A stretch of DNA of 56,040 nucleotides, the filler included, from Dimargaris cristalligena (Eukaryota), in the NCBI GenBank assembly GCA_003614675.1. It is 2 parts of 2 records of this genome, joined end to end, with 100 filler letters (N's around TTAATTAATTAA, not from the genome) between each part and the next. Parts side by side here need not be neighbours in the genome. Positions count along the whole stretch, not along the records: positions 1 to 28,023 come from ML002506.1; 1 more part is not named here. One strand, 5' to 3'. Numbering within the stretch: the stretch's first letter is position 1; each line of letters opens with the position of its first letter. The notes under the pieces were generated by a model. It was not told where the DNA came from and did not search any database. It saw only the letters and a program-made list of their open reading frames with translations. Below are positions 1 through 10,834 of this stretch, in pieces. The translations under genes and the position numbers were made by a program.

Positions 1-392
1 GAGTTGTGAGTAAGAACTATGAATACTGAATATCGAATATTGAATATTGGAAAAACGGCCTAGCCATCGAATGGCTTATAACTGGGTGGGAAAAGATGAA
101 GACTGATACTTGGTGATGTTCTTCATCTTTTCTAAACTAAAAATAGTTTGGCCGGGATATGCTATTAGAGTTTAAGCAGGCCCGGCCACAACAAGGGCAT
201 CGTATTTAATGAGACTTTAAATGTAACAGGTGCCATAGAGTGGCTTGATTTTAATAAGAACGTATTCGATGGTATGTGTAGCACCAATTTATAAACAAGG
301 GCTGGATTAGAAGGACGGTGTTGCATACTTAAATGGTGAAGTAAGCAATAAATATATAATCGATAACTGGGCCAAAAAAAGAAAATAGTATA

Positions 393-2584
393 TTAAAGAC
401 GGAGTTGGTATTTTCCCGAGACTGTGGTGGATTTAACCCCCTGTGGAAAGGGTTAGGTATAGGTTACAATTGGCAGGGTAATAAATAATAAACGGGCATA
501 ATTAGTAAACATTTTCGAGAGATATATATTAGGTATGATTCACCTATATCTGTAAATACATATTTGATAGTGGTGATATTTACCTTGAAAAACTGATAAT
601 GTTCACCCGTTAGCTTGAGGCTGTGGATACGAAGTCCCGAGAGGGCTACTGTTCCAATTTCGAAGGTCGCTGTAATGACAATTGGTTGTTTGGTAGTCGA
701 TCTGTATTTTAACCAAACCCCGATAAATATATGAATCAACCCAATATGCCAGGTGGTAGAAATAATATGATGGTTAGATAAGAGGTAACCTCATTAATGG
801 CAAACTGCCACTATAACATCCGGTAGTAAGTTGCCATACAATCGCAAAAATGGTTTCTGGTGTATGGTGGGAATAGGTCGCGTTAATTTGGGGGTTCGGA
901 TCGCCTTACCTGGATGAAAAATTGGCTTGGAGAGATAGTTGGGGGGATCCCGGGTTAATCGTTTTGTGTTTCCAAAGAATTACCTGAATTAGGGGGAGAA
1001 GTGTAACCAATACCAACAAATGCAGTGTTAGTCAGTGCGAGGCCATTGAAAGAACCTAGAACTGAGCCCATAAGCATATGGGGGGAAATTCAATTATATT
1101 ATAGTTCCGTATAGGCGAAGTCTCGCACCGCGGGCCATATGATAGTGGTATTCAATAGCTATATTAATACCATAAAATATCATTAAAACAAGTGCCTACC
1201 CGAGAGCGCGCATCTATCGATGTAGATCCTTGGTCCGTCCGGGCTGAGATATTACCGATTTGGTCCGTAAATACGATGGAAATGGTGACATCAGTGAGGG
1301 GTTTACCTCCCGTTGGTCCCGTCTCGAGGCTAACGGTTAGTTTCTGTAGCGTATCGCTGTGGGCAACGGCACCGGGGGCGGCCCGAATCCAAAGGGGGGG
1401 TTGGTAGGCCCGAGGATCGCTTACCCGGTAGGTAGCCAGTTTAAAGTGACCATCGGGTGGGATAAACGAGATAGCGCGATTGGCCTCGAACTTCTTGAGT
1501 CGGACGCAGGGGTGGAAACTGACGTCGTCTAGGATATGGGGATTGGTAAAGGTCAACGTGAGGTCGGGGGTGCCCGACATTAGACAGTTGGAGGTAATCT
1601 TGCCGGCAATGTCAATTAGGGTGACAGCACCGTTCGGTTCCAGAATCAAATCAATTTCCTCAACAATATCAATGTAGATTTCGTTGCTGCTGTATTTGAT
1701 GCCGGCCTTACGCCAGGGGATTAGGGATCCACCAACGCCGGGTTTCTGTTCGGTAAAGCCCGAAGCACCAGTGACTGACTGCATCACCTTCGACACGAGG
1801 TTTGGTACAGGAACCATGTCTCGTAGCACGTTGGGGTCCGTAGTGAGTGGGTACCCGTAGTCAAGCATCTCTTCGAGGAGACGCGCCACCGTCACGAAAT
1901 TTTCCTTGATAATATCCTCATTGACTTTGGCGAAGTATTCGAGGAGCACCTGGTGGAATTTCTCGAGGAATTCCAGGATGACAAAAGGGGATACTAATTA
2001 GGCGGTTATAGGAAATAGGAATACCAATGTAAATGTAAAGTAGGGTTAGTCAAAAAGAATAGAAAGTGATCGACTAACTATATAATGAATTTCAGACTAT
2101 GTCCGTAGACCGGAAGTATCGATACATCCGACATACCTTCGTGGGACACGAGACATAGAAAGACAAGCCCGGCCCGTTCAATGTGAACGCCCACGTACCG
2201 ATTACTCAGTTCGGTAACGGGTTTAAGCTGAGCGGCACCGTAGTCCTGCCAATATTTGATGAATTGGTTAAGGGCCACTGAACCATAGTGTGACCGCCAG
2301 TGCTTTTCGATAATAATCTGACTGATCGGGTGGGGACAATGGCATGGATAAAATAATGGTAAGGTATTGGTTTAAGTAAACAGGCTTTTCCGCTGAAATA
2401 GTAGGCGGTGGATCAAAGTAGCTACAAACGTCCGGTTAAGTAGGCTGGTAAGGGGGACAGTCACTCTACCACTTCCCGCTCGACCCCACTGGAACCAGGG
2501 TGGTCCATGTCGGAATGTGGACCCAGAAAATGGGGGGGGACTGACTTACCCATGCCGGTCAATGAGGTAGATGCTGTCAATCAT
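393..2584 (-). CDS. APM3: AP-3 adaptor complex mu subunit (6 exons, about 417 aa)
   Basis: Exons 2550-2584, 2137-2321, 1200-1993, 910-983, 584-701 and 393-440 join in phase via GT-AG introns. N-terminus MIDSIYLIDRHGQIIIEKHWR; mu-family motifs IKENFVTV..LLEEMLDYGYP, IPWRKAGIKYSSNEIYIDIVEE, DVSFHPCVR, SFIPPDGHFKLATY; C-terminus FFKGVKSTTVSGKYQLRL. Confidence 0.93.
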
Positions 2585-3601
2585 GGAGGAAATTCGGGAA
2601 CCCCCGGCACGGTCGTGGGATGGGAAGGTGGAGTTGGGCGTTGGATAGTGCCGTTGCGATGGATAGTGGTAACCAAGATAAAAAATGAAATAGAAAACGT
2701 GAATGGAAAGAGTAAAGTAGCGGAATGTAAGTCCCAGTCTAGAAACGGTAAGCGGGGCTTTGAATGGTGGTGTGAGGTTACTGGCTGTGGTATCTAGAAC
2801 CTAGGCTATGCAGTAAAATCAATGGCCTGGTTTCCCAACCACACTCCAATGACAACTGAGTGGCAAGCGACACAGTGAAAGTCACTAAGTTGATGCCTAA
2901 TATTTAGCTGGGTCCCCCCCCCCTCCTTATCCCCTTAAAGTTGATAGGTATTTCCAACTTAGCCTAGGATAGTTAGAATTAGTTATAGCAGATGTCGATT
3001 GGGCAAGACTTCACTTTCCAGATATGGCCATTATTCTTACAAACCTGTGTCAATAAGTAGAAAGTACAATATCGTAGAGCAGCCGCCCCGCTAGACCTTT
3101 GCCATTTTTACCGAGAAAAACCTGCTGAGAGCGGGATACAATGGCTTGGTAGACTGGAGATTAAGCTATGCTCACATAATCTATTGAGACTATTTATAAA
3201 TGGCACTACACCCAAAGTAGAGTGAAGGGGGGGGGGGCTGCTGAGTGGAATAACCGCGGGCGTAGAATTGGGAACCAATCACTGTTGGTTGAGTAGCAAG
3301 GTCGCTTTGCTTGCTGTTGAAGGGACACAGAATGGTTGGTTCTATTCTATTTTGGTCACCACCACCACGCTAATAATAATGACTCTGGTGGTGGTGGGGG
3401 GGGAAGGTCTTTGACATCTGTCCCCTTCCCCAGCCTACTTATCCCTTTCGCTCTCTCACTTAAAACACTTTATACTCTGCTCCTTCATCTCAGTTATTAT
3501 TGGTTTTGCCCATCTCCGCTCTGCTTCTCTAAACCAAGCCGCATTCCCCTCTCTCTTCCAACCCTCACGCGCCCCTTTCCCTTCGTCTCATCTCACTCAC
3601 C

Positions 3602-3972
3602 ATGGCTGGCGCTTCTCATCCCCTCCTCGAAGAACCCAAGCAGTTCATTAAAGAATCCGTCCAGCTCATCCGCCGTTGTGCCAAGCCCGACCAGAAAGGT
3701 AACTAGCCCCAGCTGAAAGGAGTTAATTCCCTCACTTGCCTCATTCTAAATTACGACCCTGGGATTCCGGCTTAACTAACTTGTTCTATGATGCCCCAAT
3801 ACTCCGCTCCTCTAATCTACTCATGCTTTGTTGGATGGTTATGCCACACCACTCAGAATTCACCAAGATTTGCCAGGCCGTCGCTATCGGGTTCCTCGTC
3901 ATGGGCTTTATTGGCTACTTTGTCAAGCTCATACATATTCCCATCAACAATATCATTGTCGGCAGCGCTTAA
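3602..3972 (+). CDS. SSS1: Protein translocon Sec61 gamma subunit (2 exons, 70 aa)
   Basis: Exons 3602-3698 and 3857-3972 give [70 protein letters not shown], the canonical Sec61-gamma sequence. Confidence 0.97.
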
Positions 3973-4369
3973 GTGCGGGGAGATTTTACACCTATCTTCC
4001 ATTCGTTCATACAGTCGGCCCTTTGTGTTTGATTTGTTTCCGACCCCAAATTATATATACATAAAAAAGTGTTACATGTCGTCATTAATTGACAAGGAGC
4101 CCCTGGCTAGCCACACACCCCTACCATAGTACTCGGTATGTCTCCGAGCCTCTAGGTCTAGGCATATTCGCTTAAGCCCAATGGACTGAAGCAAATCCGC
4201 TTGTCCTATGGGCGGATAACGATATCATAATAATTTTTAAATCGAATAGGGTCGCTTTTATTGTAGATATAGTGCTTGGGGCGGGCCATAATGAATTCAA
4301 GTACGTGGGGATACGAAAGTAAAATAGTCGAATGGACGAAAACAACTAGATGGAAAGGGCAAGGCGGGT

Positions 4370-5424
4370 TTAGTGGTCTGCAGTGTTGAAAAGACGGTCA
4401 CCAGTATCACCAATGCCCGGGAGAACGTAACCCTTGCTGTTCAGTTGGTGGTCAATCACACCAACGAATACTGACACGTCGGGATGGTCCTTGACAAACG
4501 CATCCAGGCCGCTCTGAGAAGCGCAAATGCACATGTACGTGATCTTCTTGGCACCCCAGTCTTTGAGGATATTGGCGGTAGCAATGGCAGTACCACCAGT
4601 GGCGAGCATGGGGTCCAAAATTATACATTCATCGACATTGGTCTCGCGGGGTAGTTTGTTGTAGTATTCCACGGGTTGCAGCGAGGTTTCCTCGCGGTAA
4701 ATGCCCATATGAAGGGTACGGGCAGTGGGAATAAGCTCGAGGGCAGCTATAATAAGGGCCAATTTATAAATGATCAAGAGATAGGAAAGATGGGTGGTAT
4801 TGGAAAATCAGAAGTCGATCATAACTAGTCTCGAGTCACCAATGGTTGCTCGAAGGGAGGGAGAGGGGGAGGTGAGCCAAATAGCCGACCCAAGGTCACA
4901 GTCAGTATCGGAGTATAAACGGAGGGGACCTACCATTAACGAGGCCAAGGCCTGACCGGAGAACCGGGACCAACCCGATGCGGGGCTTTACTTCTACCCC
5001 CTGGTAGGTGGCCAGTGGGGACCGACGCTAAGTAGGCGATGGAGGAGAGTTATAATATCATAATTTAGCAATGGCAGCGGATAATGTGGGGGGTTTGGGT
5101 TAGTAGGAGTATTTTATGGTAGTTAAAATATATTCTAAAGGCTGCGGAGCATTCAATTCTCATTTGCGTAGTAAAATCCGGGCGGGGGTAAATAACGGGG
5201 CCTCGATCGAGGCGAGCGGGTTAGCAGTCACCCCGAGGGGGCGAACAGAGTAAACTTACTTCTCCGCATTCGGCCAGGTCAAGGTTGGCAGTGACTTCGT
5301 ACATGAGCAGGTACGCCAGTTCATGGATGAGCTCCCGAACCAGCTTGGGCGAGGAGGACTGGTCGCGCAGAAGCGAAATCTTATGGGCGACCAGAGGGTG
5401 CCGGGAAACATTAATGGAGGACAT
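4370..5424 (-). CDS. Uracil phosphoribosyltransferase, Upp-like (3 exons, about 211 aa); candidate URC6/urg2 equivalent
   Basis: Exons 5260-5424, 4934-5027 and 4370-4746 join in phase. Motifs [27 protein letters not shown]-binding [29 protein letters not shown]. Confidence 0.94.
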
Positions 5425-6039
5425 GATGAGTGGGTTAATCGGTGGATATACAAACGAAATTTGCGAGGGGAATAACGAAGAAAAGGTTCAGGTCAAGTGG
5501 GCGGTTGATAAAGGGCGGTAGTTAAATGGTCGGGAGGACGGGGTCTAAGTAAAATAGGGACCTGCTATTGATGAACAACAAGGGGATGATGGATCATATT
5601 AGAGGAGGTTGCAGGCCAGCCAACGTCTCCTGCAGTTGGCCGGGGGGTTATCGCCACAGATCAGGTGATGACGATTCCCGCTGTGGAATGCACTTGGCAA
5701 CAACAGTCCTTCAGCATTTATCGTGACTGGGGATGGCTCCTGACAGTCACAACCTTCCGGCCATGTCTGTGACTCACAAGAACGACTGAATTACGTTGCT
5801 GCTGACTATAGCGAGTCCTCTACCTTGGTGCACATCCTTACAAAGCAAAGGTGCCTTACATATTCCACACTCCTCCCCTCCAAGTGTGGGGGTGGGGGGT
5901 GGGGATTGACCGGGGACTGAAAAGTGGAATAACTAGACACATTAAACTAGCTGACTCTAGTGCGGAATCACCGTCTAAACCCCAAATAGATGGTGTCCTA
6001 GGAAACGGCCTAGTGAGGAGGGATGCCCGGAGGCAGTAT

Positions 6040-6888
6040 TCAGCGGGAAGATTGCCCTTTGCCCTGGGTGAGTTGGGCCAGCTTTTTTTCCAATGCCTTG
6101 ATTTTAGTTTGGGTGCTAAATTGCCATCGGGGTGAGTCATGCATATATCAAATAGGCACAGGACCAGTAGCAGCGAGCAGGGATCAGTCGGATGAAAGTA
6201 GAATGGTTGATCCCATCGAAGGTACAGGGGAGGGTGATTGATGACGAGGGGTGCAGGCCCAATGGTATGGACAAGGGACTATGATTTTTAGTCACCTGGC
6301 ACAGAAGGCAGGACCTACCTGGCCCCTACAAGGGAATTGCCCCGCGCGGGTCGACGTTCTGGGCCATGATGTTGCGGATATGGGCCTGAAGACCTGGCGG
6401 ACGATCTGGGCCCTCGACCTGGCGCCAATGAATGGCGTTCCGATGGCGATGATTCGGCCGCGTGAGGCACCTACATAAAGGATGCGATATTACATGAAAA
6501 ATGAATGGATTAATTGCGTGCCGCCAGGGTTAGGGCGGGCCATTGGATTGTTTGAAAGTGGGTATTATGATGGATTAGGGTTAAACTAAATGCTTACGGA
6601 AGCAGTGGACACCACCAGCGGGCGGTTCTTGAGTCTGTAGTTGTGTAATGCCCGAATGGCCCGCCAGGTGGCTTGGGGGGACTCATACTCGAGAAAGCAG
6701 TAGCCCCTGGGTTGGCCGCTCTTGGGACCGTGTTGGTGGAATAGAAAGTTGAATTCTTTGATACGGCCCAAGGGTTCGAAAAGCTTCAGGATGGTATACT
6801 CGTCCACACTGGGATCGAGATTGCCAATGTACAGGCGGGTCTCTGATAGAGGGGCGTCCTTCTTAGCGGCAGTTGGTTTTTCCGGCAT
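6040..6888 (-). CDS. RBM18: RBM18-like single-RRM RNA-binding protein (3 exons, about 172 aa)
   Basis: Exons 6598-6888, 6319-6470 and 6040-6115. RNP2 RLYIGNL, FLFH..GP..GQPRGYCFLEY (RBM18-type RNP1 region) and C-terminal TKIKALEKKL helix. Confidence 0.82.
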
Positions 6889-7216
6889 GGTCGAGATCTA
6901 GAAGGGATCGTAATAGGGCATTCCAAAAGGTGAACAGAGGAAACCAAGCGGGAACAGAGAGGCCAGGAGAGAGACTCCGAAAGTGTGTGGGGGTGGTGGC
7001 TGGGTGGGACTGGAACTAGAGAGGGCATTAGGTGGTTTGACTGGCGGTATCCCGTGATATGCGCATACAATGACTGGGAGGGGGGGGGGTTAAGGGGGGG
7101 AGGGTGAGTAGTATGCGATTTACACCTACCACTGGCTCCACAGCGGACTCTAAAATGGACTGAGGGCTGTGACTTGGCTTTAGAATCCATTCCAATGTGA
7201 CTAACCTTTCCTCGAC

Positions 7217-7224
7217 TATATAAA
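7217..7224 (+). promoter_or_regulatory. TATA box (TATATAAA) of the URC1-like gene, inside a roughly 460-bp divergent promoter shared with RBM18
   Basis: TATATAAA about 130 nt upstream of the ATG at 7352, followed by a CT-rich leader. Confidence 0.5.
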
Positions 7225-7351
7225 CCTCCTTCGGGCGACCAACCCTAACTCTCCTCTCCTTCGCCCGTTTTTTACCCTCTCCCCCTATTTCTAGCACTAC
7301 CCATTCCCCTGTTAGACCACCTTTCTCCACGCATAGTTCAGTCGCCCCGCT

Positions 7352-9536
7352 ATGGCCGCCCAACCTTCGCGCTCCGAGTCGGAGAACCAAGTGCTCGCCC
7401 AGCTGCTCCAGAAAATGGAAGCCCTCCAGGTCCAGCAAGCGGACCTTTCCCACCAGGTAAGTAATATATATATATATATATATATATACAATCTGTATTG
7501 GAGTTGTATTCCACATGTCTTTTTTATTATTATTTCGCCTTACCTACCCGTTTGACCTGGTCGTCACCAGTCCACTAACCCCCACCTATACCCAGCAACA
7601 CCTTTCCTTCCCATTGCCTATCCAGCTCAAGTCTTTTATCGCTCCATCAAAATCCTCCGGCTCCAAGGCCGCCAACCTCGCCATTGACGCCGAAAAGGCC
7701 TCCCCCAAGCAAGCTGGTAAGGAAGGCAGTTGTATAACCACCTGTCTGCTATAGAGTTAGCCGCTGACCCAAATTGATTGCCCTATACGTATTACCAGGG
7801 TCCTAATGCCACTATCGCCCATCGCTTGACTATCCTGCTGACAGATGCGCTCGAGGCCCCCCAGGACTCTCCCACCGCTACCCTGGACCCCAGCACCACC
7901 TCCACACACAGCCCGTATGGCTCTCGCATCATCTTAACCAGTAAGTATGACTTAGCTACGGTGGTCAACCCGTGGCCTGGATAACAGTCCTTGATTGGGT
8001 AGATATCCCGTGCGGTCGCTCCACTCTCTCGCACCTCTTTAATTTCGGGATTACTTCCAATCTCTCTTCATCTAACACCCCCCACACTTCCTTCTTAACT
8101 GTTGTGCCCTATCCTCTCTATCCAACCCTGCCTCTCGACAATCTTATCATGGCATCCAGCCTATCCCAAGCAGTTTGGCATTGATCCCCTGACCCTGAAG
8201 TGGGGTGCCGCCACTCCCGAAGCCCGCGGGCCCATCGTGGCCTCGCGTCACCCCGACTCTATTCGTATTAGGTATGCCCACTATAATCATCTTTAAACCC
8301 TCCAGTCAGCCGCGCCATCCCCATCAGTACCCGCTTCTTACTCTGGTTAACCTGATACGTATTGAATAACCCCCCCCCCTGATTTCACCACCCCCTTTCC
8401 TTTCGTTCCCGGACAGGAATGCCATCGGTGCCTACGGCGGCTCCTACTGCATCTACCGTGCCCTGGCCGTCGCCATTGGTGAGCTTGACCCCTCCCACCT
8501 GCCCAATTTCTCCCTAACAGACCCGCCCGTGAACATTGGCCCCCACCCCCAATGGGCCGACCCTAAGAAAATCGTGTCGCTGGACCCCTATGGCCATTTG
8601 GTCACCAACATCTTCCAGTCCGCAATTGGCCGTGGTATCGACGTCCGTCCCACCATTGCCATCACCAAGGCCCATATGAAGATCGCCGAAATCGATTCCA
8701 GCATCGAGCAAGGCCGTCTGGCCGTCGACAATGTCATTGTACTTGATTCAGGGGATCTGAATGTGACCAAGGCCGCCGTCGAGCCCGTCTGGTACCTGCC
8801 CGGGGTGGCCGAGCGGTTCGGTATCGAGGAATCCCTCTTGCGCCGTGCACTCTTTGAAGACACCGGCGGTATGTACCCCGAACTGATCACCCGCCCGGAC
8901 CTGAAGATATTCCTGCCTCCCATTGGTGGTTTGACCGTCTACATCTTCGGCGACCCGAGCAACATTGGCAAGCCGGGCAAGCGGCTGACTATGCGAGTCC
9001 ACGATGAATGTAACGGCTCGGATGTATTCGGCTCGGATATTTGTACCTGCCGACCCTACCTTATGTTCGGCATTGAGGAAGCCGTGAAGGAGGCCCAAAA
9101 CGGAGGGGTGGGTATTATTGTGTACTTCCGCAAAGAAGGGCGTGCTCTGGGAGAGGTTACTAAGTATCTGGTGTATAACGCCCGCAAGCGCCAAGAGGGC
9201 GGTGACCGGGCCGATACCTACTTCCTACGTACCGAATTCGTGGCCGGCGTCAAGGACATGCGCTTCCAGGCCCTGATGCCTGATGTGCTCCACTGGCTGG
9301 GTATTACCAAGATTGACCGTTTGACGTCCATGTCCAACATGAAGTATGACGCCATTGTCAATTCGGGTATCGAAGTAGTCGAACGTGTGCCTATTCCCGA
9401 CGAGATGATCCCTGCGGACTCTCGGGTGGAAATTGACGCCAAGATTGCCGACGGCTATTTTACGACTGGTGTCGTACCAACCAAGGAAACCCTGACCCAG
9501 ACCAAGGGACGGGACTGGGAAGATGTGGCCCATTAG
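7352..9536 (+). CDS. URC1: URC1/Urg1-type GTP cyclohydrolase II-like protein (5 exons, about 507 aa)
   Basis: Exons 7352-7456, 7626-7716, 7845-7940, 8160-8271 and 8417-9536 join in phase. N-domain motifs RIILTTYP..GIDPL.LKWGA, RGPIVASR, RNAIGAYGGSY.IYRALAVA; Zn motif RVHDECNGSDVFGSDICTCRPYL; RKEGRALGEVTKYLVYNARKRQ; SMSNMKYDAI; EIDAKIADGYFT. Confidence 0.93.
7464..7487. repeat. (AT)n microsatellite in intron 1 of the URC1-like gene
   Basis: Pure AT dinucleotide run just after the GTAAGT donor. Confidence 0.9.
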
Positions 9537-10315
9537 ATTCTTGGAACGGTGAAAATTAGTCTACTTTTGCATTTAGCCCTGGCTTATTTTATTATTATTC
9601 GTATTATTACTATCAAGATATGCCATACTCTGGTGTCATTAAAGCAGCAACCCGGTGGCTACACCATCCTATTATATACCCTAGTGTCAACTTATTGTTT
9701 GTTTGTTTTTTCGATTTCGACACCGTAATTTTAGACCTATTTTTTGTACTTATCGATGCACAGTCAGTTGTGGCGTTGATTTTGCCGGTAGCTGAAGTCT
9801 TGGTTATATAGTGCCATATATAACAACAGGTGGTCATAATAAAATAATATTCCTTCACCATCTAATACAAGCCGAACTCTCGGGATACCTGGGAGTGGTG
9901 TACGCCTTTGATGATCCCATCTAATCTGTTTTAGACCAATACCGGCATTCATAAAGCATTTCGGAGCCAATATAATGTGGTAAGGGAATGGGAAGTAATA
10001 CGGTGGGACCGGCGACAATCCGAGACCAAAATCCCACACATCGCTAGTGTAAGTCAGTTTCGGAGAACTATATTGAGATGAAACCTTGCTAGATTTCAAA
10101 ACCTAGATCTGGAACGGACTGGGGTGGAATTGTTGCGGAATGTCTACTAATTTGGTTTTACGGGGGGTTTCCATTCTGGATTTTAAGCATCCTTAGCTAT
10201 ATTTATAACTTACAACCCTACCTTCTAGAAAATTACTAACGATATCTTTACAGCCAAACTCAACTAACTTCAACTAACTACCCACCACCCGTATCAAATA
10301 GTAGGACTACGAGCC

Positions 10316-10834
10316 ATGGAACTTACCGGATCCTGTCACTGTGGCCAGGTCCAGTTCACGGTCACCAGCCACACCCCCGTGCCGTACATGAAGTGCCACT
10401 GCTCCATCTGCCGTAAACTTCAGGGTGGCGACGGGGCCAGTATCAACATCATGGGGATCGCCAGTACCTTTCGAGTGACGCGGGGGTCAAAAACGGCCAA
10501 GGCCTATGTGGCCGCCCCCGAACAGCGCGATCCGACATCGGGCAAAGTGACGCGGGCAGCTGGCGCAACGCGTAATTTTTGCGGGGAGTGCGGTTCTCAC
10601 CTGTGGGCGTTCGATGAGCGCTGGGCCGAGAATATTTATCCGTTTGCCTCGGCCATTGACACGAAACTGCCGGTGCCGACGCGGATGTGCCATATCATGT
10701 TGGGTTCGGCCGCCGAATGGTCCGACCCCCGCCAGGCAGTGTACCAGGACCCCGCTCATCAGGCGGATACGTTTGAGAATTATCCGGAATTGTCCATTGC
10801 GGATTGGCACCAGAAATACCACTGTACTAAATAA
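10316..10834 (+). CDS. GFA/CENP-V (Mss4-like) Zn-binding protein, intronless, 172 aa
   Basis: GSCHCGQVQF, CHCSICRK and RNFCGECGSHLW motifs; YPFASAIDT.LP and YPELSIADWH C-terminal segments. Confidence 0.9.
   Translation: MELTGSCHCGQVQFTVTSHTPVPYMKCHCSICRKLQGGDGASINIMGIASTFRVTRGSKTAKAYVAAPEQRDPTSGKVTRAAGATRNFCGECGSHLWAFDERWAENIYPFASAIDTKLPVPTRMCHIMLGSAAEWSDPRQAVYQDPAHQADTFENYPELSIADWHQKYHCTK

Noticed and set aside
21..48. Four copies of a 7-nt GAATAYY unit
   Set aside because: Short simple tandem repeat with no spacers; not CRISPR-like.
5665..5743. C/D-box snoRNA-like pattern (GTGATGA...CTGA)
   Set aside because: No convincing terminal stem and no rRNA-complementary guide that I could recognise; it lies in the UPRT promoter region.
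5770..5776. TGACTCA (Gcn4/AP-1-like) site upstream of UPRT
   Set aside because: A single 7-mer is expected by chance in 56 kb.
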